A DNA stretch of 61,138 nucleotides, filler included, from Nemertoderma westbladi (lineage: Eukaryota; Animalia; Xenacoelomorpha): assembly GCA_032718475.1 (NCBI GenBank). It is 3 parts of 3 records of this genome, joined end to end, with 100 filler letters (N's around TTAATTAATTAA, not from the genome) between each part and the next. Parts side by side here need not be neighbours in the genome. Positions count along the whole stretch, not along the records: positions 1 to 24,193 come from JAUCBJ010006318.1; 2 more parts are not named here. One strand, given 5' to 3'. Position numbers and translations under genes: made by a program. A model generated the notes under the pieces. The model saw only the letters and a program-made list of their open reading frames with translations, was not told the DNA's origin and did not search any database. Of the stretch, positions 1-11,280 are shown piece after piece. The first letter of the stretch is position 1. Each line of letters starts with the position of its first letter.

Positions 1-585
1 TGTATAGCACCACAAGTCACTTCACAGCTCTGTATAGCACCGTCATTCACTGCACTCTATAGCACCGTCATTCACTTACTGTATAGCACCATCATTCACT
101 CACTGTATAGCACCATCATTCACTCACTGTATAGCACAATCATTCACAAACTGCATGGCACTATCATTCACAAACTGTATAGCATCATCATCCACTCACT
201 GTATAGCACCATCATTCACAAACTGTATAGCACCATCATTCACAAACTGTATGGCACCATCATTCACAACCTGTATAGCACCATCATTCACAAACTGTAT
301 AGCACCATCATTCACAAACTGTATAGCACCATCATTCACAAACTGCATCATCACCAGTGTCATTCACAAACTGTATAGCACCACCATTCACTCACTGTAT
401 AGCACCATCATCCACTCACCTGTATAGCACCTTCATTCACAAACTGTATAGCACCATCATTCGCAAACTGTATAGCACCATCATTCACAAACTGTCATGG
501 CACCAGTGTCATTCACAAACTGTATAGCACCATCATTCACAACCTGTATAGCACCATCATTCACAAACTGTATAGCACCATCATT
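1..585. repeat. 24-bp tandem minisatellite (AACTGTATAGCACCATCATTCACA)n, runs off the window start
   Basis: About 24 visible tandem copies. The ORF 155..427 (CIAPSFTN)n is just the translated repeat. Confidence 0.95.
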
Positions 586-3500
586 CTCGGTTCGTGTTGC
601 AGTCAGTATTTATGAATTTTAATTTTCTGTATCAACCAATAAATGTTGGTAGTATATATTTTTGTGAAATTTCTTTTAGGTGCGGTGATCACTATTATAC
701 ACAGGAAAGAAACCCTTACAAATCTTTGTTTTTAGTTAATTGAACTGAATGCATGAATGGTTCAATTAAAAATGACTTTAAATCAGGGTAATTATACAGA
801 AACGGGAACTAGCTAACAAGCTAATCAAACATCTTGGCTGAGTTAACAAAGATTAATCGTTACTGTAAATATATGTTTTATTGATAATTGGGCCATAACA
901 TTCCAGACACGTTCAAAGTGAATTATACCATATCGGATTTAGTAAATACTTAACCAGCCTTGACAATAAATACTATCTCGCATATATCCAATATCACATC
1001 TATTTATACAATATCAACATTGTTTTACGTTTTACTTAACTCAAGTAGGTGCGTGTACTTTAGTAGCCTAAACTGGTATTTGTAGTTATAACTGGCAATA
1101 TTTCAACATAAATACAAGGAAGGGCCTTACATGCGATTTATCTTCTAAAGATTTAATTTACAAAGGGTTATCTAATCTAAGCGATATGATTATGATACGA
1201 ATGGATTTAATTTACAGTATCAAACATTTAACTAACATACCGTTAGTTTATAAGCTAGTTAGGTGAGTGTAGTTTACATTTTTGATCTTACATCAGTGGA
1301 TGATTAATACCAAATCATGATCTAATGCGATTAGTCCTGATTATTGACTATACACATTGACAATACACATATACATTGCACTATTTTGTGAGTATTTTGT
1401 TGAATATCACTAATGCTGTAGGAGTTAAGTCCATTTTACCAGCACCAATATTTGCTAGCAATCGGTGAGTGTTGATTTAAACTAATTCGAGTTGAACCAC
1501 AATGGATGGTGCCATAAAGATGATCAATGGTTAATTGTATTCGCAATTGTTGATATTGTTGGTATGGAGACCATTTTTAGAATCTAGAGGTCGTGGTGAG
1601 CTAAAAAGTACATAATAATTTTATTTATTACATGGGAAAAAAGTATAAATTTATTTCACTATTCTTGAGGCATCTTATTTACCGAGCGTCATCGAGGTTA
1701 TATTTTCCCAACCACCAATACATAACCGTGACATCTACCACCCACGGAAGGGTAGCACGAACTTATTTCCAATCGCACGTTCAATATGCAAAGCCAGGTG
1801 GTTTATAGGAATATAATAAACGCAGTACTCGTATTCATTATAAGCCTCGTTGCGTTCGTCCTGTTTTGTATTTAAATATATTTCTTAAACGCAGGCTAGG
1901 ACGTTCTTTATAATAATAATAACTAGGGATGCGATCAATATGTGAAGCCAGGTGGTTTATATAATAATTTAGTCAACGCAGTACTCGTCTTCATTATATG
2001 CCTCGTTGCGCTCGTCGCTTGTCCTGTTTTGTTATAAAATATTTTTCCTAAACGCAGACTGACGATCTTTATACAGTTATAACTATGCGAAGTTTCGAAA
2101 CTGTGCGAGTAACTGTTGATACATCTATGTGGATATGTGTGATATGTGGAGATGTGTGATACAACGCCAACGCATCTTATGCCGATGTAGTAATATGGGT
2201 ATTGAAATAATATTAAATTAATGTACAATCTTAAAGCTGCAGCGAAAAAATGTAGCTAATTTCCTAGGTTACATATAAAATAATAATATTATTTTTAAGA
2301 ACATTAATTTTACTACTTTGCAAAAATTCAATTAAAAAATAACCAGACATATACATTGTGGAATAAACTATTTCAGAAGCCTACACAACAGCCATGCCAT
2401 GGATAGTATTTATGTTATGATATCTGTCATTCACCTGAGATAGCAATACAACATTTATAGTGAATTTAAAGAATGCTGTCTGGGCTGGAATAGCAATACT
2501 GGTTGTCTATTTCTATTCCTCTCTGGTTAGTCTTAGCAACAACTCCCAGCCAGCAGCAGAGACTTGACCAATAATCATTCCCAGCAACTGGGAATGACAC
2601 ACACATCCCATCTATGTACCAGCATGTTGGCCAATAAATGAGCAGTATTTAATGAGAATAAATTTTTTTTGCCGTTTTAATTACTTTAGATCAATTAAAG
2701 ACACAATTATTAAAGCAAATCACTTGAACTAATTAAAAACTATAATAGAATGGCGTATGGGGATTACATCTGTATAATTTTTAATTACAATTATTTAAAT
2801 CTTATACTGTAAAACAATTAATTTCCTTTAAAAGGCAGGTTGAAAATGGTGTTTTTACCGTAATAACTTAATTAACTAATTAACTGCTATTATCTTAGCT
2901 TCTCGAAGGCCACACTGAAATTCTACTTGGAAAATTTCTAAACTTTTGCCAAACAACATGTGTACCAAGTTTGGATAGATTTCATCAAAGATTGGCCGAG
3001 TTATTAACGTTTAAAATTGAACACGACAGAACGACAGAACGACAGAACGACACGTTCGTGGGGCCTTCGCGCAGCACGAGGCCCAGTTATGAGATACAAA
3101 TTAAAATTGAGCGACTGTATCACAAAATCAGGTTTTGAGAAATTTACCCACACCACCAATCAATCAAAGAAAGGGGGACAGTACGTGTTCACCCCTTTTA
3201 ATCCCCCCCCCACCCTTCCCAACCACCAATACATAACCGCGACATCTACCACCCACGGAAGGGTAGCACGAACTTATTTCCAATCGCACGTTCAATATGC
3301 AAAGCCAGGTGGTTTATAGGAATATAATAAACGCAGTACTCGTATTCATTATAAGCCTCGTTGCGTTCGTCCTGTTTTGTATTTAAATATATTTCTTAAA
3401 CGCAGGCTAGGACGTTCTTTATAATAATAATAACTAGGGATGCGATCAATATGTGAAGCCAGGTGGTTTATATAATAATTTAGTCAACGCAGTACTCGTC

Positions 3501-3803
3501 TTCATTATATGCCTCGTTGCGCTCGTCGCTTGTCCTGTTTTGTTATAAAATATTTTTCCTAAACGCAGACTGACGATCTTTATACAGTTATAACTATGCG
3601 AAGTTTCGAAACTGTGCGAGTAACTGTTGATACATCTATGTGGATATGTGTGATATGTGGAGATGTGTGATACAACGCCAACGCATCTTATGCCGATGTA
3701 GTAATATGGGTATTGAAATAATATTAAATTAATGTACACTCTTAAAGCTGCAGCGAAAAAATGTAGCTAATTTCCTAGGTTACATATAAAATAATAATAT
3801 TAT

Positions 3804-6013
3804 GTACATGGCCTGTCTGCACATGGTGGTCAGCCAAGTCAGTAGCCTTAGCCCTCTGGTGGCGTATGTCTGAATCATGTTGAATTAACCTTATGTCGCT
3901 ATGATATTTTGATTCGCCTATGTATACCTTGCCACATGTACATGGGATCGCATAGACCACCCCCCTTGGGTCGGACTTTGGTTTATGACCCTTCAATAAA
4001 TAGGAATGGAGCTTCCGCCCTGACATAAAGTATGTATCCACCCCATAACATGCACATATTCTTTCTAAGTTTTCTGTTAACCCAGTAATGTATGGTAGAC
4101 CTATTCTAATTTGTCCTTCGGGGTTTGTTTAGGGTTAGGGTTACTAAAGCGCGCATTAATTCGGCGTTTTGTGTTATAAATAACCCTAGTGGGATAGCCA
4201 TTATTCTGGAAGGTTTCATTTAGTTCTTTTTGAATTTGGTCTCTAGCCACTGTGGTTGAACATAATCTGTTTGACCTGAAAAATAGTGCGGAGCAAATGC
4301 CTTGTTTTATTCTTGGGTGGTGATTGGACGAAAAGTTTAGGTAGCGGTTAGAATGGGTTGGTTTTCGGTATACTGTAGTTTTAATTGAACCATTCGAAAT
4401 TGAGACTAAAACATCTAAGAAGGGCAAGTTTCCGTGGGTGTCTTGTTGCTCTACAGTGAATGATATGTCCTGGTGTAAACTATTCATACATTTAAGTAAA
4501 TTATCAATATTGTTCTTGTTGGTCAGACACCAAACATCGTCCACATACCTGTACCATATGTGTGGTAGAAAACCCCTTTCCCTAGCCAAATGTTCAAGTC
4601 TATACATAAATAAGCAACTGAGTACAGGGGAAACTGGGTTACCCATTGGGAGTCCTTTACACTGTCGGTAAAAATAATTATTGTACTGAAACGCCGTTTG
4701 TTCTAGAACAAGGTTAAGTAAAGTTCTAAATGTCTCCGTACTTATGCCCGCATATTCTTTAAAATCGGGGTCATTAGTAACGATATCCATAGCTACATCA
4801 AAGGCATCTCCTCTAGGTATGTTTCCAAACATATTTACAACATCGAAACTAGTTTGGATGTCGTTAGTCTCAATTGAAACAGTTTTTAATTTTTCTATGA
4901 ACTCTGTGGAGTTCTTGATGTATGATTCCCCACATGCTAGATAATTTCTTAATATTTTTGCAACAAAAGACGCTATTTCTCCACTAGGGGCGTTATTATA
5001 CGCTACTATGTTGCGGAGCGGGGACCCTTCTTTGTGTATTTTTGGATTACCGTAGGTGTAGGGGAGCTGTGAGTGATATACTCCTAATTTTGTACGTAGC
5101 TTGTGGTCAATTGCTCCTGTGTCAAACAACACTTTCAGTTTACTGAGTATTTGCCTTTCATATTTTTTCCCGGGGTCACAGTTAAGTTCAACAAACTGAG
5201 ATGTATCATGTAAAATGTTTTCCATTTTAATATCGTAATCTACTTTGTTTAGGATGACCGTCTTGTTTCCTTTGTCCGCCGGGCGGATAATAATAGATTT
5301 ATCCTTGGCCAAGGAATCAATCGCTGCCCACTCATCTTGGGTGAGGTTTGATACAATTGGTTTTCCTACATGGTTTTCTAAGATAGATAGGGCCTCATGT
5401 CTAAAAGAGGCCCCCTTTGTACCTCCTAACTGTCTAGCACCCGATTCAATTGACACAATAAAATCTGGTTCATGCACCTTAGAGGGGGTTGGCTCAAAGT
5501 TCAATCCTAGAGCACAAACTTTCAGTTCAGTTGAGTTTAGAGTTCTGTCACTTAAATTAACCACTGTGTTTGGCATAGTTATTTTTGCACCTGGTCCATT
5601 CGCATTATTAACTTTCAACCGTAACCAATCTAACTTCTTTTTTATTTTGTCCAATTCTTTATCATACAAAGTGTCGTAGTAATTTGTGATGAAACAGTCT
5701 AATTCCATGGCACAATCATTATCTAAGTAACCATCATTCAATGCTACTTTTATGTTACTAATGCTACTTTCTAAAATGTTGAGCTCTACTTTACATTCAC
5801 TAATTGCAACTTTTGTATACTCCAACTCCGCTTGTTTACTAAAATTACTTCTCATGTGGCGAGGGGCACTCATTCGTAAACTCTGAGGCGTTAAGCGTTC
5901 ATTAACACATGTAACTAAGAAAAGTTTATTACCTCTCAAGGCACTCAACTTTTTCGTTTGCGCAATGTATGATTCAACTAGTGTGAATGTTCGAAATGAA
6001 TAACCATAGGCGG
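3804..6013 (-). pseudogene. PLE reverse transcriptase + N-terminal part of GIY-YIG endonuclease (frameshifted, truncated)
   Basis: ORF 4101..6119 carries the RT motifs (its N-terminus above 6013 is read-through into the inverted segment). ORF 3775..4041 carries GIY-YIG in another frame and breaks off after ADHHVQTGHV at 3804. Confidence 0.9.
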
Positions 6014-6266
6014 CATACGCCACCAGAGGGCTAAGGCTACTGACTTGGCTGACCACCATGTGCAGACAGGCCATGTACCGAGGTTTGACCTCATGCAAGA
6101 CATAGGCAGGGAAACGCATAGGGACCGTAGGTGCATACTGGAGAGCCTATACATTAAGGCTTTAGGTGACAGGGCCCTTAACAAGCGACAGTCAGTAGAG
6201 GTAGGCTACCTGAGTGCAGCAACTCTAGCAAAGTTTTCGGGGAAGCGAGTGTCCTTCAATCAATAA
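6014..6266 (+). pseudogene. C-terminal part of the PLE GIY-YIG endonuclease, inverted relative to the RT
   Basis: Reads IRHQRAKATDLADHHVQTGHVPRFD..RCILESLYIK..ALNKR..stop. The first 65 bp are the exact reverse complement of 3804-3868. Confidence 0.88.
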
Positions 6267-6461
6267 AAAAAGGGGGGAGGTTTGGTGGGTGGGGGGGGGG
6301 GGGGGGGGTTGTATGTAAGATGTATGTGTAGCGTATGTATATAGTAGCATATGTTTCTAATTTTGGTTACAAAATTTATTCTGTTTTTTGTGCAATCTTC
6401 AACTGTCAACAGTACGTTACGGTAGTCAATTTCTGCAATTTATATTAGATTAGAATTTGTA

Positions 6462-6516
6462 AGTAATTTATTGATAATGATAGCGCTGAGCTACCGAAAT
6501 ATATTTGAGATTTACT
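6462..6516 (+). ncRNA. Candidate minimal type I hammerhead ribozyme (U3-A8 core variant) in the PLE 3' region
   Basis: AGTAATTTA-TTGATAA-TGATAGC GCTGA GCTACC-GAAA-TATA-TT-TGAGATTTACT: UUGAUAA core, stem II TAGC/GCTA, GAAA, palindromic TATA loop and an imperfect stem I. This is where PLE hammerheads normally sit. Confidence 0.55.
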
Positions 6517-7337
6517 AATAATAATATTTAACTTGCTCCAACCCAGAATTTTTTCATCGAATATAACTGACATCTCGAACTTTCTTATAGTTTAGTTATG
6601 ATATCTGTCATTCACCTGAGATAGCAATACAACATTTATAGTGAATTTAAAGAATGCTGTCTGGGCTGGAATAGCAATACTGGTTGTCTATTACTATTCC
6701 TCTCTGGTTAGTCTTAGCAACAACTCCCAGCCAGCAGCAGAGACTTGACCAATAATCATTCCCAGCAACTGGGAATGACACACACATCCCATCTATGTAC
6801 CAGCATGTTGGCCAATAAATGAGCAGTATTTAATGAGAATAAATTTTTTTTGCCGTTTTAATTACTTTAGATCAATTAAAGACACAATTATTAAAGCAAA
6901 TCACTTGAACTAATTAAAAACTATAATAGAATGGCGTATGGGGATTACATCTGTATAATTTTTAATTATAATTATTTAAATCTTATACTGTAAAACAATT
7001 AATTTCCTTTAAAAGGCAGGTTGAAAATGGTGTTTTTACCGTAATAACTTAATTAACTAATTAACTGCTATTATCTTAGCTTCTCGAAGGCCACACTGAA
7101 ATTCTACTTGGAAAATTTCTAAACTTTTGCCAAACAACATGTGTACCAAGTTTGGATAGATTTCATCAAAGATTGGCCGAGTTATTAACGTTTAAAATTG
7201 AACACGACAGAACGACAGAACGACAGGTTGATTAATGGTACCACTACGCTAAGGCTCACTCACTTCGTGGCTCGCCCCACAGGTTGATTAATGGTACCAC
7301 TACGCTAAGGCTCACTCACTTCGTGGCTCGCCCCACA

Positions 7338-7749
7338 GTCAGATATCTTGCACTCCGCCTGAAATATCTACTGTTACAACAGATGTCGCGAATGAGTCCT
7401 CGAGTAGTGATAATGATTCACAAGTGGTAACAAAGAGTGGACGTGTTATAAAACCACCCAGTTATTATGGATTCACGTAAATGAGTTGTGGATGTATTAC
7501 TTGTAGCCAAACACAATTCCAGGGAGGGTTGTGGTGTTCTGTGTTGTATGGTGGAATGGATGGCTCGCCCCTCAGGAGGAGGGTCGGGCAGAGCGGAGGT
7601 AGGCCTAGGGGAGAGTTGGGGATTGGAGGGATAGTGGACCTGTGTACCGGTAGGGGAGATTATAGGTTTCAGGGTTTGGGTGATTTGTGGATATTGAAGA
7701 GATTAAATAGAAGGATTGTTTATTGACAGACTTCCGCCATTTTCCCACA
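7338..7749 (+). mobile_element. 3' remnant of a Gypsy-type LTR retrotransposon (pol tail, PPT, about 220-bp LTR)
   Basis: An open frame ends VVTKSGRVIKPPSYYGFT-stop (7478-7480), a typical integrase tail. A purine run AGGGAGGG at 7521-7528 is followed by TGTGG(7530)...CCACA(7749). Confidence 0.55.
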
Positions 7750-7836
7750 CCGCAGTCATTCTTCAAACATTTAGTGATTTGTTGGTACTAGTGGAAAGCT
7801 GACCGTACAATGATTCCAAATATGTAAAAATATGTT

Positions 7837-8132
7837 AATTTGGTTGGGAAATAGCTGAGATATGGGCATTCGAATTTTGCATGTATTTGCTTCCTCTGCA
7901 GGCCATTTATTATATTAAATTAATACACAATGTTCTAGAACATTTTGATTATGTATGAATATCCATATAATAGTATTATCATGGTAGGCATTGCATTGTT
8001 GCCAAGCTATTTATGAGATAAACAAAATGTTCTAGAACATTGTGTATTTATTAATAGAATAAATGGCCTGCAGCGGAAGCAAATACATGCAAAATTCGAA
8101 TGCCCATATCTCAGCTATTTCCTAACCAAATT
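7837..8132. repeat. About 110-bp inverted repeat pair (MITE/foldback family)
   Basis: 7837-7947 is the reverse complement of 8023-8132. Related sequence occurs at about 20575-20720 and 56870-57085. Confidence 0.85.
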
Positions 8133-8137
8133 CACAC

Positions 8138-8370
8138 CTCCAATGTTATATAGTGTCTGGTTGGAGATGTGTGCATTGTACTTAACACAGTGAACCCCTA
8201 CGCAGCATTCTTGTGAATGTGCCATCCAGAGATTTGTAGTCCTCCCTCAGAGTTAGAGCCCAGCATGGACTCCCATAGAGGAGTACTGGAACTACTGCTG
8301 CTCTAAATTTTCCGATGTATTTTGTGTGACTTCCAAATCCTGGAATGCCCATTCAATGATACAACTGGTC
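8138..8370 (-). mobile_element. Degenerate RTE-clade LINE fragment
   Basis: Minus-strand translation AAVVPVLLYGSPCWALTL...LDGTFTRMLR resembles the RTE post-RT region. Confidence 0.65.
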
Positions 8371-8610
8371 ACGATAGGAAGGGTGCAATTTCACCAAAGG
8401 CAATTTTAAAACGCTTATAAAAAAATTTAACGGCAAAATCTAAATTTCTTGCTCCATATGGACATCGACGGTGAGTTGAACTATTTGTGTTTCAAATTCC
8501 ATGCAATATGATACAGCTTTGTAGAAATATATTGGGACCATGTCATCAGAAAATAACGCTATACTACGGGTCAGCCATGGTGTATGCCTTCATAAGTAAT
8601 ACTTACTTAC

Positions 8611-9810
8611 CAGTAGATAACCCCAGATAAATTTTCAGGTAATTCGTTAGTTCTCGTTAAACACATCAACTGGTTGTCCACTATATATCGAAATGTTTTG
8701 GTAAGAAACAAGCAGACTGATATAAAGTATATAAATGGGAACAGCCAAGCCAAACTCCTTAAAAACTGCAAATTTAAAAGTAATTTATTTATTACAGGGA
8801 AATGGTACTTTTTGATTTTCAATTATTAGCAGTATTATATAGCATTAATTAAAATGGTAACAGTAAAAGGTAGAGAAGCGGGCCCTATAAATTATCAAAC
8901 TAAGAAACTGCAATTAAAAAAGGAGACACAAACTTATGAGTCTCTGTCTCTGGACCGGCATTGAATTGAGAGCGTATTTCGGGAAATGGGCCATTTGTCC
9001 AAAACATCACGTCATTGAAACTTCCCTACCATACACTTTGTAGGCCTTCATACGTCATCTTTGTGAATGGTAATAATTACTTACTGAAATACTTCAAATG
9101 AAGCTACTTACCGAAAAAATAACACTGACAATCACGATAATGTAAAAGCTTTCGTTGCTCAAGTTGACTTCCTCTGTATCAGCTGGTTTAACTAAAGCTA
9201 ACAAAGGATCACCTGTGTAACGCGATAGCAAGCACCCTAAGGCCGTCTCAAACACAGACCTCGTCACGGCTAGCATTACCATAATACAGCTGTACTTCCT
9301 CATCATACCTAACATCCTTTGGTACATCTTACATTCACATAAGGCTTCCGCTAAATAATTAAACTGACTAAAGAGGTGATGTATTCGATCAAATCTCCAA
9401 AACGCGTACACAAGATGGATATAGGAGACGGACGCATTTATACACCACAAGGCCCACATATAAACGACCAGATTGTTTGAGGAATTCCAGTTGTGCGACG
9501 TTACACAAACTACCGCAGTAACTATTGCGAAGACAGTGTTGATCATGAGCAGTGCGGATATGATTATCGCGAATGAAACGTGTGCGATCAGGGGCAGTTT
9601 CGTTGTCTGTGAACTGCAAGACTTTCTGTAATAAGCCAATCCCAAAAGCTCCAGTGAGTAATTTATACAACCAAATGCGTAGTTAGCGTCTTTTGGGCTA
9701 TCGTTTACGCCAGTGGACATGTGTGAATGATCATCTTTGTTGTGATGCAATAAGCTGCAGCTTTCACAATTTATGTGGTGTTGATTTTCTTGGTTATGTT
9801 TGACATCCAT
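8611..9810 (-). CDS. Gustatory-receptor-like (GRL) multi-pass membrane protein, first two exons (9810-9112, 8765-8611); 3' exons not found
   Basis: ORF 9094..9810 has several hydrophobic helices and ends at a phase-0 donor TCG|GTAAGT. This joins a phase-0 acceptor CAG|TTT giving FLRSLAWLFPFIYFISVCLFLTKTF, followed by a donor TG|GTAAGT. The family call rests on remembered resemblance to invertebrate GRLs. Confidence 0.6.
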
Positions 9811-11015
9811 TGTACTGATGCATACCGCTCCTCAAATTGACATGTATCAAAAAATATTACCTTTTTTAAAGATCTGCAGGTCTATACGACCTTATTTAAT
9901 CAATACCTTTATCAGCTATATCACTACCAAATTTGATATAAAATAAACCTTAAAATTATAATACTTATTTGAAGGACTAACAAAAAATAGCCTTACTATT
10001 GAAACTCACGCTCGAATAATAAATTTAAGTTGATTGCGATCAGCATTAAGTACAGTAACTTGCACCCAAAGAGCAGCCCGACCCTTAAATAAAGAAGGAA
10101 TATTTGTTTTACGCAGTATTTCTAATAAATACGGCAGCACATGGGTGAGTACAAAACGGAGACCAGAGACCCGGATATCGGAGACCAGTCAGTACAAAGG
10201 GGACCCCATCATTGTTGTCTAAACGCAAATAACGTCGCTTTGTTTTAATTTGCGCCTGTATTTATAGTAGGCCTATAAGTAAGGATTAAGAATTATGTAG
10301 ATGTAATGTAACTCATTTAGTAACGGCTTTAACGTATTTGAACACATATAGCGAGTATCGCCGCCTCAGACATAAACAACCATTATTATGATCAAAAATG
10401 AAACTGTAACATGTGTTCCTGACTCTCGTTTATTGCTTTGGTTAGAATAGTTGTTACAGTGACCTTTCCTTTGCATTAATGTTAATAGTAAGTAATATAT
10501 TGTACCAAATATTTTGTGATATCGTTATCGTGATAACTTACTGTAGTAAGCCTACCTAAAATTATAATATTACTTATGTAGTTTGACAACAAACCCATTT
10601 GTTTACTTTACATGTTATATTACAAATTAGTAATATGTGGTGACATGAAATTTCTTTGGAATATCATAAAATAATTTCTGAGAATTTGGATTTGAAGTCA
10701 GTAAGACTGACTCACCAGTCGAAGTTCAATTAAATTAATTATCACGCCGTTATAACCGTAATTATTATCTGTTTTCGGAATATAACTTTTCAGTATGCGG
10801 AAATTTGTTATTGAGTTTTGTTACTCAGGTGTATGTTGTTACTGCAGTTCAACGTTTTGGTTACCAGCCCTGGCTGGGGCGAGTGTGAATAAACTCTTAG
10901 ATCGTACTGTTAATATTCCAATAATTTCTCTATAATTTTTCCCATATAAAACACTTTATTTCCATATAGTTGGTAACTGAACTGACTTGACCCATTCAGA
11001 AACAGAGAAACTTTA

Positions 11016-11280
11016 ACTACTACTACTACTAGGTCGAGCGAACTCGGACAGTGGAAATGAGATCCTTCCAGGCTTCCCGATTCTCCATAGTTGTCGCAAT
11101 TTCGTTTCTCTCAAGTTCAGTATCCCTTTCAAGCTGGTCTATATTATGTTATAGCACGTCGTAAAAGTAGAAAAAAGTAGATCTGGCATGACCTCCTCGT
11201 CTTTACTTCTCCAGCAGTGCCCACTGAATCTTAATCTGCTGGTTCACGGAGGGTGGTTGATACAGTTGGAGCTCGGCGTT
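11016..11280 (-). mobile_element. 5'-truncated RTE-clade LINE 3' end with (AGT)n tail
   Basis: The minus strand encodes RLRFSGHCWRSKDEE and ends CCTAGTAGTAGTAGT, the same tail type as the copy at 33417-33705. Confidence 0.75.

Larger units (their letters stand above)
3804..6594 (-). mobile_element. Penelope-like retroelement (Penelope/Poseidon type), rearranged with its 3' segment inverted
   Basis: The minus strand encodes VVNLSD..LGLNF, PADKG, YGNPKIHK, SFDVVNMF, GLPMG and YVDD. A frameshift near 4110 leads into LPYI..GVVYAIPCTCGKVYIGES (GIY-YIG). The endonuclease C-terminus and 3' UTR are on the plus strand at 6014-6594. Boundaries are defined by the empty site in the upstream duplicate. 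Confidence 0.93.
1707..7224 (+). repeat. Tandem duplication with 1511-bp period; the second copy is interrupted by the Penelope-like element
   Basis: 1707-2292 matches 3218-3803 (offset 1511) and 2414-3050 matches 6595-7224, both nearly identical. The identical ORFs 1935..2228 and 3446..3739 reflect this. Confidence 0.92.
3051..7337. mobile_element. Non-autonomous Helitron/Helentron-like (HINE/DINE-like) element, copy 1
   Basis: The left end (CACGTTCGTGGGCCTTCGCGCAGCACGAGGCCC hairpin plus about 400 bp) matches 59380-59780. The right end (TGTGTACCAAGTTTGG core, GACAGAAC microsatellite, GCTCACTCACTTCGTGGCTCGCCCCAC) matches 60790-60996. The terminal 55 bp is duplicated at about 7224-7337. The superfamily call is inferred from this architecture. 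Confidence 0.55.

Noticed and set aside
660-1600. Plus-strand exon-like segments with AG/GT sites
   Set aside because: The longer candidate exons I translated had stops in every frame tried, and no protein similarity was recognisable.
4128-4143. Telomere-like TTAGGGTTAGGGTTA within the PLE
   Set aside because: Only about 2.5 units, and they encode NPNP in the RT-endonuclease linker.
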